Origin: an uncultured bacterium
Lineage (GTDB): Bacteria; Hydrogenedentota; Hydrogenedentia; Hydrogenedentales; JAEUWI01
Direction: 5' to 3'
DNA length: 45,711 bases
NCBI GenBank assembly: GCA_963977445.1
Contig: CAXBPH010000014.1
Location: 1 to 45,711 of the forward strand
Part shown: positions 28,083 through 37,696 of the stretch, in pieces
Numbering within the stretch: the stretch's first letter is position 1
Layout: each line of letters starts with the position of its first letter
The notes under the pieces: model-generated
Database searches by the model: none
Told to the model about the DNA's origin: nothing
Seen by the model: the letters and a program-made list of their open reading frames with translations, nothing else
Made by a program: the position numbers and the translations under genes

Positions 28083-29323
28083 TTACCTTTGCTTGCCGTA
28101 AGCATGTCTTTAATAATGGCGAGATAATTCGACGCCAGTTTGTCCCGATCAAAATTCGTAACGATATATTCGTGACCCGATTGGCCCAGTTTTTCGGCCA
28201 GCTCCGGGTGGTCGGCCAGCTCTTTCACGGCAGCGACCAGGGCGGATGCGTCTTCGGGCTCCATAAAGAGGCCCATGCCCGCTTCGCGAACGATCTCCGC
28301 TGCGTTTCCTTCCACACCCATAATGAGGGGCCGTGCCATGCCGCCCGCCTCAAAAATCTTCGACGGCATTACCGAGGTAAAGAGGTCGGTTTTCTTGAGA
28401 TGAACGAGGCAGGCATCCGTTATGGACAGAAAGTCTGGCATTATACCCTTATCCTGGCGGCCAGTAAAAATGACGTTGTCCAGACCCAGTTTCTCGGCTT
28501 CCGTTGCGAGTGCGGCCCGGGTCGCGCCGTCGCCCACGAGCAGAAAGACAATATCCTCTCGCCCTTCATTCCGCAAGGCCGTTGCTGCCCGCAGCACCAC
28601 ATCGAGGGCGCAGGCCATGCCAATGGTGCCGATGTAGGAGCAGACAAACTTGTCTTTCAAGCCATAGCGCTCAATGAGCTCACTCGATTTGTCTCGCGGG
28701 GAAAACAAATCCCGGTCAACACCGTTCATGACGATGGAAACTTTGTCTTCAGGGACATGCTTTGCCAGCAGTCGCTTCCGATAGCCGTCGCCCACCGTAA
28801 CAATGTGGTGGGCGGCCCCATACATGCGGAGCTCCAGCCATTCCAGCAGGCGCACGGCGGGTCCGCCCTGCATGGCCCCCACGGCCTGGATGGATTCGGG
28901 CCAGATATCGCGTATTTCCAACAACAGAGGCGTGCGACGGAAGAAGCTGACCAGCACCCCGGCCCAGCCACAAAAAAACTGGGGTGAGGTGGCGATAATC
29001 ACATCCGCACGGCGGCTGAAAAGGCCCACCACGGTCGCGCTTATCATATAGGTCACAAAATTGAGAATGCGGAGCAGGGTTCCCTTGTTGGCGGCGATAT
29101 AGGTCCAGATACGGATAACCTCGATGCCATCAACCACTTCTCGCTGGGGGCCAAATGGATTGCTATACCCTTCGTAGACCACGCCATCGGGAACGCTCGG
29201 GGCACCGGTAATCACCGTGACCTCATGGCCCTCACGGACCCAGCGTTTACAGTTTTCGTGGGTTCGCGACGCTGGAGCGTTGCCTTCGGGGGGAAAATAG
29301 TGTGAGAGAAAGAGAATCCGCAT
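28079..29323 (-). CDS. GT4 glycosyltransferase, WbuB-like
   Basis: YFPPEGNAPA, ATSPQFF, EIRDIWPES, PSKIFE. Confidence 0.9.
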   Translation of the reverse strand: MRILFLSHYFPPEGNAPASRTHENCKRWVREGHEVTVITGAPSVPDGVVYEGYSNPFGPQREVVDGIEVIRIWTYIAANKGTLLRILNFVTYMISATVVGLFSRRADVIIATSPQFFCGWAGVLVSFFRRTPLLLEIRDIWPESIQAVGAMQGGPAVRLLEWLELRMYGAAHHIVTVGDGYRKRLLAKHVPEDKVSIVMNGVDRDLFSPRDKSSELIERYGLKDKFVCSYIGTIGMACALDVVLRAATALRNEGREDIVFLLVGDGATRAALATEAEKLGLDNVIFTGRQDKGIMPDFLSITDACLVHLKKTDLFTSVMPSKIFEAGGMARPLIMGVEGNAAEIVREAGMGLFMEPEDASALVAAVKELADHPELAEKLGQSGHEYIVTNFDRDKLASNYLAIIKDMLTASKGK

Positions 29324-29413
29324 GGTGCCTTCAGTCCGAGAGAACTACTGTAATCATAAAAATAGGGTCGGGGGAGGTGGAAAAGCATCATTTCCAGGTC
29401 GTGGACCTTCCCC

Positions 29414-31066
29414 TTAGTCCGGGATGACGCTATACGTCACTTCGGATTCCTTCCCTTCCATCGTAAACGCCAGGGTGGCGTTTTCTTCCTTGCGACCAAA
29501 TTGCGGACAATACCAGGTCGTTTCCACCGTTAGTGTCCCCGAGCCGACAAAAACGACACGAAAGGTGCCCGCAGCATAGGTAATCGTGGCTTCGCGGGGA
29601 CCGGTCAATTTTACACGACATAGGGGGTGTAAATGTACCCTGGTCACCGATTTGACGGGTTGGCTGGCCGAAATACGGTCCCGGACGGTCAATCCTTGCC
29701 CTTCCTGCCAACGGAACTCGCGGTGGTGGGTGGGTTTTCCGGGCAGACGGTGGTAGCCATCGTGCCACCCCGTGAGTTGAAAACCTTCGGGAGCGGGGGT
29801 CCACATCACCTCATGGGGTTTGCCGCGTCGGGCGACTCGAAAGGCCCCCCAGAACTCGCATTGGTCCTGGTCTTCGATGCTTACCGTGTTGTGGGCCGCC
29901 GTGGAACGACAATAGGCCCGCATGGCCCCCGGCACATAGTCATAGACGCCGCTGTCGACCACGACACGATGGCCGGCAAGAGAAAGCTCATAGGAAAAGA
30001 TGTCGCCATGGGCGTGGCCGGGAATGTAGTCGGGCCCAACGTCCCCGGCATCACAAATGAGATAGGTACCCTCAGCGGTGCGTCCGCCGAAGTAGCCCCC
30101 ATCGGGTAAGGCCCAGGGCCCAACGCTGTGTTCAACTTCCGGGGGCAATAGGTCCTTCGGAGGGCTATAAATCCCAAAAGCGCTATCATTCAGCAGGGCA
30201 ATATCCCCATCGGGATGGCAAAGCATGGCCAGGGCCCGGGTCACCCTGTCAGCCAACGGATCCAACACCGAAGCAATCGCTCCATGGTCCGTCGCCAGCA
30301 ACAATTGAAACAGGTACACCATGCGGCTGTGATACATGGGGGAGCGCTCAAAGTGCATCCCATCGCCCGGAATCTGTTCGGGGAGTTCGTCTCTAAGTAC
30401 GTTCAGCCCCGTTTCCAGCCAACCCTGGGCGACTGCACCTGAAAAGCAGCTGCCGGTGAAGGCAAGTGCCGCGCCGTTTTCGAATAGATGATTGCCGAGC
30501 AGGTGGGTTTCCAAATGAGACTGGAGCCAGCCCGCCTGCAGGTAAATGCTTCGCCAGAGGGCCTGATGAAACGCCTCATCCGTCTCCGTTTCCTGCCGGT
30601 AGCGCCCAAAGAATACTGCCGTTAGATTCATCAGGCGGAGGGACGTGGGGTAGGGTTCCCAACCCACCTGCTTGCGATCCAGGGGGTGGCGTTCGATCCA
30701 GTCGAGGGTGATTGTGCGGGCATCGTCAAAATCGAGCGCCCACAGCCACTCAAAATAATGGAGGTTGTATTGCCAGAGCTTGGGCAGCGCAGGCACGCGC
30801 CAGTCGGCGGGGGGCCAGCCAATGGATGCTTCCTCGCCCACGAACGTGAGTTGACCCACGCTCAGGTCGGCGGCGGTGTTTTCCTGCGCCCCGGGTGCAA
30901 GGAATTTGGGCGCCGAGGGCCAGCGACATTCGGCGCGCTCGGGTACGGCCTGCTGGAAAAACGGCGTGGGGCGTTCTACAAAGGGACGGAGCCGATTGCG
31001 CAATTGTCCCACGATTTGCCGTGTCTGCAAGTGGCGTATGGTACGGAGTGTTCGAATGACCGACAT
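29414..31066 (-). CDS. Heparinase II/III family (lyase-like) protein
   Basis: LWQYNLHYF, WEPYPTSLR, GNHLFEN, DGMHFERSPMYH, GHAHGD, RSTAAHNT. Start taken at ATG 31066. Confidence 0.88.
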   Translation of the reverse strand: MSVIRTLRTIRHLQTRQIVGQLRNRLRPFVERPTPFFQQAVPERAECRWPSAPKFLAPGAQENTAADLSVGQLTFVGEEASIGWPPADWRVPALPKLWQYNLHYFEWLWALDFDDARTITLDWIERHPLDRKQVGWEPYPTSLRLMNLTAVFFGRYRQETETDEAFHQALWRSIYLQAGWLQSHLETHLLGNHLFENGAALAFTGSCFSGAVAQGWLETGLNVLRDELPEQIPGDGMHFERSPMYHSRMVYLFQLLLATDHGAIASVLDPLADRVTRALAMLCHPDGDIALLNDSAFGIYSPPKDLLPPEVEHSVGPWALPDGGYFGGRTAEGTYLICDAGDVGPDYIPGHAHGDIFSYELSLAGHRVVVDSGVYDYVPGAMRAYCRSTAAHNTVSIEDQDQCEFWGAFRVARRGKPHEVMWTPAPEGFQLTGWHDGYHRLPGKPTHHREFRWQEGQGLTVRDRISASQPVKSVTRVHLHPLCRVKLTGPREATITYAAGTFRVVFVGSGTLTVETTWYCPQFGRKEENATLAFTMEGKESEVTYSVIPD

Positions 31067-31109
31067 AATGCTCAATGATAGCAGCGCACGCGCTGTCCCT
31101 GGGGTAGGT

Positions 31110-32351
31110 TTAGCCCTTATCCTGCGAAGTGTGTTCCTGGACCCGTCGAACAACGGCGTCGAGTTCTGCTTGGGTTGACTCTTTGAAGTGTTCCGCGCTG
31201 AAGGCCTGAGCGACGGTCGCCCGTGCCTGGTCGGCGATGCGCTGGGCTTCCTCCGGGTGTTCCATCAATGCGATGATGCGCGCCGCCATTTCTTCGGGCG
31301 ATTCGGCCACCACAAAGTGTTCCCCATCTTTTCCGGGGATGCCCTCGATGCCCATCTGGGTCGAAACCAACGCTTTTCCCGCAAATATGGCCACCACGCT
31401 TTTGAGCTGAATGCCCGAGCCGATTTTCTGGGGATTGATGAAAATCTGGCCCGCTTGCAGCACATCGTGGTCGCTGTCCACAAAGCCCAGTCCTTCAATA
31501 CCCAACGCGGCGTCCGCGTAGTTCTCCGTACCCCGGCCACCCAGCACCAGACGGGCCTGGGGCACCTTCGTGCGGATTGTCGGCCAGGCATGCTCAATAA
31601 AATCCCGGAGGCCCCGGCCCTTGCGCAAATCGGCGGAACCCACATGGACCACCGTGCAGGCGTCGCCCGGCGGCACGGTCGCATAGGGCTCGCTCTCCAG
31701 ACTCAGGCCCACGATACCGTCGGCCTTGATGTCCAGCAGTTCCCGATAGTCCCGATCATCATCCGCCGAAATGGCCCAGAAAATATCCGCACCGGTGCAC
31801 ACCTTAATTTCAAATTTACGAATCTTCGCCAGCTCCAGACGCCAGGCCATTCGACTCAGTAGGGAGCCCTGCTGATCCAGTCCGGCGAACCCCTTCACAA
31901 GGACATTGTGGCTGCGAACCACCTGCACCAGCCCGGGGAATGCCTTCCGCACATCGGGCACCAGACAGCTCGCTGGGAGGTCATCATAAATCAAGACGAC
32001 GGAACGGCCCTGCGCCTCACAGTCCGCGAGGATGCGGGTGATTTCACGGAGAAAGCTCTCCGATGCCGCACGAAAGCGCACCGTAATGGCTGGGTCCGCC
32101 GAAAAAATACTCTTGAGAAAGCGCAACCACAAGGGGCCGCGCACATAGGGGATACGTACCCAGCTGATTTGTGATTCATCCCATTCCGAACCGCCCTCAA
32201 AGGCTTCATCGGCCGGACCAAAAAAGTGGACATGCTGAAAGCGGTCCGCATAAAGATGAAGGGCCGAGCGGGCGGCGATTTCCGCCCCCGTGCTGCTCTT
32301 GGGCCACGTGCCCGAGACGAATATGGCCTCGATGTTATTGTCGTTGGTCAC
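31110..32351 (-). CDS. GT4 glycosyltransferase
   Basis: RSHNV, WP.IR.KVP, GFVDS, INPQKIGSGIQLKSV...VSTQMGIEG. Confidence 0.85.
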   Translation of the reverse strand: MTNDNNIEAIFVSGTWPKSSTGAEIAARSALHLYADRFQHVHFFGPADEAFEGGSEWDESQISWVRIPYVRGPLWLRFLKSIFSADPAITVRFRAASESFLREITRILADCEAQGRSVVLIYDDLPASCLVPDVRKAFPGLVQVVRSHNVLVKGFAGLDQQGSLLSRMAWRLELAKIRKFEIKVCTGADIFWAISADDDRDYRELLDIKADGIVGLSLESEPYATVPPGDACTVVHVGSADLRKGRGLRDFIEHAWPTIRTKVPQARLVLGGRGTENYADAALGIEGLGFVDSDHDVLQAGQIFINPQKIGSGIQLKSVVAIFAGKALVSTQMGIEGIPGKDGEHFVVAESPEEMAARIIALMEHPEEAQRIADQARATVAQAFSAEHFKESTQAELDAVVRRVQEHTSQDKG

Positions 32352-32426
32352 TGACTATAATTCCTTCGTCGAATCGACGTGTCTACTTGAAAAAGTGTCG
32401 TGGCTGGAAAGCAATGCTTCCCCATT

Positions 32427-33722
32427 TCACGTCGGCGTCATTTCCGAAGTGGACGCAACCGGCCCATCCTTGGCCTCACCAAGCGCCTCGCTCTCTTCAT
32501 CCAGCGGCGTTGGGCTACTCGGGCTGGTTGCCACCGCGTATACCGCGAGCCCCAGGGCCAGATAGGTGACGGGGAAGAAAACGGAGGAGAAGGTGGCGAA
32601 GCTGTACATTTCCACGATTAACAAGACGAGCGCTGTTTTTCCGAGACTCCCCTGTGACTTGTGGGTAAGTCCGAGTTTCAGGAAGATAACGAAGAATGGG
32701 GCCATGAATAGGATGGTGCCGAGGAGCCCACGTTCGATCAGGAGCAGTTCCCACGCACTGGCAACTACATTGTCGGGGGCGACAATTTTAACGGAGGCCA
32801 GACCGTGGCCCAGAAGAGGCGCCTCCATAAAAAGCCGAAGATTGTCACCCATATCCGCGAAACGTCCTCGCTGCAGCAGTCGTTCGCTTCCGCCGGATGC
32901 AATGGTTTCGGCACGGTTTGCAAGGGTCTCCAGGCTCTGAGGAATAAAATAGGCGACCGCGACGAGTGCCAACGAGCCCACTACGACAAACATTGCAGCA
33001 CGCCGGAGATCACGCTTTAAGAGGGTGATCACGCCGACAAGGAAGACGCCGCCCACGACACCGCCCATCGATTGGGAGACCAGAATTCCGGTAATGCCAA
33101 GGCCCACCAGGAGCGTGCGAAGACGCCCACGTTCACAGGCATATCCCACGGCGAAAACCCAGAGCATGAACCGTCCAAGATCAGAGGGCTCGGCGAAAAA
33201 AGAAGAAACACGGGTAAAGATGCCGGCACCGAGCGCTACATTCGATATGCCCCGCTGAAAACCTTCATCCGCGCCGAGTTGGAGATTGGTAATGGGCAAA
33301 TAGGCAAAGGGCAGGTTGTGAGAACGGGCGAAAAACTGGTAGGCACCATAAATCAAGACGAGTGCGGCCAACCAGAACAAGAGTTTTCGAAATCGCGGAA
33401 AGACTTCTTCCCATTGCAGTGTACGCATGCTTATAAATACACCGATGACGAGGAGGTACTGGATCAGGTGGGTAAGGGGTTTCTCCACCTCGCCATACAA
33501 GAAAAAAGAAACGAGCCAGGCAATCAGACCGGAGAGGAGCAGGGAGAGGGTCGAAAAGGTGAGTAGCCGGGGCGACTTCAGCCCATGAAGACACATCAGC
33601 AGAGAAGTCAGCAGCATGATGGTGATCGAAAAGCGACCCACATTAAACAGGGCGAAGGAATAGGTAACCCATCCGAGGAGGAGCAACGCCGGCATTCGCA
33701 TCTGATTTCGATGATTCGTCAT
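32427..33722 (-). CDS. Putative Wzy polysaccharide polymerase
   Basis: About 10-11 TMs, RVSSFFAEPS, PLLGHGL, LLIERGLLG; lies inside the GT cluster. Confidence 0.75.
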   Translation of the reverse strand: MTNHRNQMRMPALLLLGWVTYSFALFNVGRFSITIMLLTSLLMCLHGLKSPRLLTFSTLSLLLSGLIAWLVSFFLYGEVEKPLTHLIQYLLVIGVFISMRTLQWEEVFPRFRKLLFWLAALVLIYGAYQFFARSHNLPFAYLPITNLQLGADEGFQRGISNVALGAGIFTRVSSFFAEPSDLGRFMLWVFAVGYACERGRLRTLLVGLGITGILVSQSMGGVVGGVFLVGVITLLKRDLRRAAMFVVVGSLALVAVAYFIPQSLETLANRAETIASGGSERLLQRGRFADMGDNLRLFMEAPLLGHGLASVKIVAPDNVVASAWELLLIERGLLGTILFMAPFFVIFLKLGLTHKSQGSLGKTALVLLIVEMYSFATFSSVFFPVTYLALGLAVYAVATSPSSPTPLDEESEALGEAKDGPVASTSEMTPT

Positions 33723-33863
33723 AAGTATCCGTATTTCTTGCGCCTGTCGGTCTTCCGAAGCAGGCAGTTTTCACCGAAGTGTGTGTCGCCTCCGCGACCG
33801 CCAGAAGCTTTCGATGGGCTGTCCGACAAGTCTACCGGTCTGGCCCGCCGAGTTCCAGCCGGG

Positions 33864-34220
33864 TCACTCCTTGGGAGTATTGAGTTTCAGCGTGCGGAAG
33901 GCGAAGAAAAACTCGATGGGGCAGGCCCACGCACGGGTAAGCAGGATACTGATGGCCGAGGCCAGGGCAAGGCCGATCAATACCATTATATTCAACATGT
34001 AGATACCAAGCGAAAGGTGAAGGATCGCTTCCGCAAAGGTCATATATCCCTGGTACTTAACCCGCCCGAGGGCGCGCAAAAGTGTGCCGATTACGGCGCA
34101 CCAGATTCGTATCAATACATAGATCCCGAGCAAAATCAACAGGGGTTTGTTCGTCTCCACTTTGCCATGGGTCCAAAGGTCAATAATTGGTTTGCCCAGG
34201 AATACGAACCCGACAATACC
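33864..34220 (-). pseudogene. 3' remnant of a Wzx/MATE-like polysaccharide flippase
   Basis: Frame reads GIVGFVFLGKPIIDLWTHGKV...LLRALGRVK..G..TFAEAILHLSLG...GLALASAIS. This matches the last ~4 TMs of a flippase. There is no credible start or RBS, and an in-frame stop lies about 40 nt upstream. Confidence 0.7.
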
Positions 34221-34224
34221 GCGT

Positions 34225-34945
34225 CTTTTTTTAGGGTAAGTATGTGGATGGCTTTCTTAAGCGGAATCATGTGGGCTCGTTTTCCGGCGTGTCAATCAAG
34301 ATGCCCGAGTCATCGCGAAGTCCCTCAATTTGCTTCCGGCCCACCACATCGTAGCTGTGATTTTCGCAGACCGCTGCGATACCGCCGTCGTCACAACCCA
34401 CCGCCACGGTTCGGGCAGCCATGGCTTCGATGAGCACGCGGCCGAATTTCTCATTAATTCCCCCCCGGGTGCCCGACGGGAGCACCCGCACACGTCTTAA
34501 AGATGTATTGTTGGCACCAGTGGTAGAGAGAGTGGCGAATATTCAGGCGGCCATACATTTCTTTGTAGATCCGGACTTCGTTGAGGGAGGTCCAGAAACA
34601 ATAGGGAATCTTTCGCTTCGCGCAGGCCCGTGCAATTTGTACCGTCACCAGGGAATTGGACTCTTCGAGGGCATAGACATAGTCTGGTTTGATGCGGTCC
34701 AAGGCACGGTCCAGCCCGAGATAGAAATGGAGATGTTGACGCCCTGCCCGACCAAAAGGGGCCTTCAACGGATGCACCGGTACCCGCTCGGGGTCCAGGG
34801 CTTCAGCCTTTACCAGGCCCGCCTGTTCATACACTTCCGGGTAGACAATTTCTATCTGATTATCCGGAAACTGGGTCGCGGCGGCCACCCACAGTTCCTG
34901 GTACGCTTTGACGACGATATGATGACCTATGATTAGAAGTTTCAT
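34225..34945 (-). pseudogene. GT4 glycosyltransferase with internal deletion and frameshift
   Basis: A 155-aa GT4 N-domain jumps directly, in another frame, to VLPSGT...EKFGRVLIEAMAA. The central ~120-130 codons are missing and the tail is degenerate. Confidence 0.8.
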
Positions 34946-35007
34946 AGGGCGGGTATCCTTTAGGAGCTTGATTGACGACGTTTCACGAAACAGGCCGAGG
35001 CCCCGTA

Positions 35008-36048
35008 TTAATGCGGTGTGGACGCGACGTTTCGTTGACTAAATGTGGAGATGGCGTCCTGGTATTGGGCATCCAGATGTCTGCCCATGGCTTCCACGCT
35101 GAAGGACTCTTTCATACGCTTCGACGCATCCCGTGGTTCCCGCAACGCAACGACAATCTTGTCCCGTATATCGGAAACCGAATTGGGGTCCACATAGTAG
35201 GCCAGGTCTTCAAAGTAGTCCCGTGGCCCACCTGCTGTCGTGACGACAACGGTGGTTCCCAACAGTGCCGCTTCCGTGGCAGCAAGCCCCAGGCCTTCCA
35301 TCAACGATGGCAAGACAAAGACGGCTGCGTGTTGCAGGAGATAGGTCTTCTCGCCAGCGCTGAGGCGGCCAACCAACGTGACGTTCGGTGTGGAATTGGC
35401 CAGTGCCTTTACCCGATTGCCCACTACGCCTTCAGAAATCATGCCCCCAATGAGCAGGGGGGTGTCGAGCCCCGAAACGGCCTCAATCAAGCGAAGTACG
35501 TTTTTTCTTGGATTGCCGCCGTCACCCAGAAACAGGATATAGGGGGTGTCCGAATAGGTGTTGAACCGTTCGGAACAGGGTGCTGCGCTATCATCTACGA
35601 TTGGGCAGGGGGTGACTGCGCTGGACGAGGTGACCCCCAATCCTTCGGTGAGACAACGCTGCTCCTCACTGGACATGAGGCAGACTTTATCCGCCATTTG
35701 GCACATTGCTGCACAGCGACCGATATGGGAATAAAATACGGGAAGTTTATGATCCAGCCAGACGTTGAGGCGTAGGGAAAAGTTACTATGTAGATTGTCA
35801 ATGATCGGGGATACCACAAGGGGGAGAGAATGGTGCAGGATTTCCGCAACCGAATAGCTATTCCCGTTTGCCATGAAGGCGTGGCACACGTCATAGGAGC
35901 CCAGATCGGGCGCATCCCACGGCGATAGGTAATCAACTGTGTGACCCATCGCCACCAAGGACATTTCGTGAAGTCGCATCAGGCGAAGGACACCGCCAAA
36001 ATCACCCATTAATCCCACATTCGGCGGGGCAAAATAAAGTATACGCAT
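35008..36048 (-). CDS. GT4 glycosyltransferase
   Basis: PRKNVLRLI, FVLPSLMEGLGLAATEA, GGPRDYF. Confidence 0.88.
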   Translation of the reverse strand: MRILYFAPPNVGLMGDFGGVLRLMRLHEMSLVAMGHTVDYLSPWDAPDLGSYDVCHAFMANGNSYSVAEILHHSLPLVVSPIIDNLHSNFSLRLNVWLDHKLPVFYSHIGRCAAMCQMADKVCLMSSEEQRCLTEGLGVTSSSAVTPCPIVDDSAAPCSERFNTYSDTPYILFLGDGGNPRKNVLRLIEAVSGLDTPLLIGGMISEGVVGNRVKALANSTPNVTLVGRLSAGEKTYLLQHAAVFVLPSLMEGLGLAATEAALLGTTVVVTTAGGPRDYFEDLAYYVDPNSVSDIRDKIVVALREPRDASKRMKESFSVEAMGRHLDAQYQDAISTFSQRNVASTPH

Positions 36049-36646
36049 CAGGAGATATTCTCTCTATCAGATCTGATCAAGAGTTCGGACGTAGAGTCGA
36101 CGCAGACAACACGGGTATTTTCATGAAACGCACGCAAGTAGGGCCTACAGCCTCTTTGGCACGCCAGGTCAAACATTACTCCATCTCTATTGGTCGGTCA
36201 CAAGGCATCTACATGGGGGGTGCTTTTGGACAAGGCTATGGAGCGTCAACATTCAATTAGTTGCTGTTTCCCTTGGAAACAGAAGCGTCCTTCACGTCGA
36301 TCAGTTTTTCGTAATCCAATCCGATGCGCTGGAAAACTAATACGCCTTGATTACTGGCTCAGTACCTGGTGATGAGAATCAGTTTCGCAAAAAAAGCAAT
36401 GAGTCACTGCCCCTGTTTGCGACGCATAATAAGTATGGGGCTTCCGTTGTTATTTCCTGAAACACGGACCACGATACCACCCATTTGGGCGGCGTCCATA
36501 CAATACCTTCGGAATTGGCATCAAGAAAGTTCGGCAAAAAACTTGCGTCAAGATCGGGAAATACCCATAGCGTCGAAGCGTTTGTCCGATTCTGAAATTG
36601 CATACGCAAACCGGTATTCGGCCTCTAAGGGATTGTCGGGCAAGAA

Positions 36647-37471
36647 TTACTCGCCCAAGTCTACAACCCATCCGAGATTTACTTGTTTACCATAGCGCCC
36701 GACCATTCGACCATCGTCGTCATTCCAATAGAGAATCATCTGAATTTCATAGGGTATGTCGCGGGACTGGGGGCATGCACGGGTAATCAGCAGATAGGAT
36801 TTTCCTGCGATAGTCAACGCCTCAGATTTCCAGCTGGATGTGGGCGGATTGGGGCCAAAACCCCACGCAGCAAACCCGGCTTTCTGGCTGCTTTCCGGAA
36901 GTTGCTCTACGTGACTGGCATCGGCTTTACCCATGACGCTGATCAAATAGTCTTTGGTGAATTCAGACTTTACCTCGAACAACAGGGAAAGGGTGTGAAG
37001 ATAGCCTTTTTTTCCGGTACGCGTGAAGTCGAAAGCTACGACATCGAGTTCATCACACATGGTCAGAGGGCTGTTCGCGGCGGTGAGGAGTTCCGTCCAC
37101 TTGGTGTCGATCGCGGCGCGTTCTTCGTCGGAAAGCGTACGTTCCCCGTCCTTCGATTCCTGGACAATTCCGTATACGTCGATGAGATTTTCTGCTGAGG
37201 CCAGTAGTTCAGCGACGGGCTTCACCGTTTTTTCCTCTGGGGCAGGGGCCGGTTCCGGTGCTTTTGCAACTGCCGGTGCTTTTTCTACGGCCTTTTCCAC
37301 AGGCATTTCAGCAGCCTTCGGTGCGGGCTGAGTGACAGCGACTTCCTTTTGAGCGGGTTCCGTTGTGGAATTCTTGCCGCTCCCGCAGCCTGCACACAGC
37401 AATACGGCTCCAGAAACTACACTCAGGAGCATACTAAGAGTCCGTCGATTCTGATAGTTGGGTTTTGTCAT
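36647..37471 (-). CDS. Putative lipoprotein with a P/A/E/K-rich linker and a C-terminal beta domain
   Basis: Basic N-terminus, hydrophobic core, LCAG-C lipobox-like motif and a low-complexity linker. RBS GGAAGG. Confidence 0.78.
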   Translation of the reverse strand: MTKPNYQNRRTLSMLLSVVSGAVLLCAGCGSGKNSTTEPAQKEVAVTQPAPKAAEMPVEKAVEKAPAVAKAPEPAPAPEEKTVKPVAELLASAENLIDVYGIVQESKDGERTLSDEERAAIDTKWTELLTAANSPLTMCDELDVVAFDFTRTGKKGYLHTLSLLFEVKSEFTKDYLISVMGKADASHVEQLPESSQKAGFAAWGFGPNPPTSSWKSEALTIAGKSYLLITRACPQSRDIPYEIQMILYWNDDDGRMVGRYGKQVNLGWVVDLGE

Positions 37472-37696
37472 GGTACTTTTTTACCTTCCAAGATCGCATT
37501 GGTTGTAGTATTCATACAAATATTGATCGGTACAGAGGTGCCGAAACGAGCAATACGAAAATACAGCTCCCTATCATACAGGAATGTCCTGTAATACCGC
37601 CAACGGGCGCAGGCCATCCATCCACACACATTCCCCGATAACAAATAATGCATATTTAGAGGAAAAAGTTCCCTATCCGACACGAAGTCAATGGAA

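Noticed and set aside
34460..34466. G7 tract (minus strand) where loss of one G would join the two GT fragments, suggesting phase variation
   Set aside because: The tract is short, and the rejoined product would still lack the central ~120-130 aa and have a degenerate tail.
36360..36600. Four in-frame TGA codons as recoding (Sec/Trp readthrough)
   Set aside because: Many intact genes here end in TGA and no SECIS-like hairpin was evident; decay or chance is simpler.
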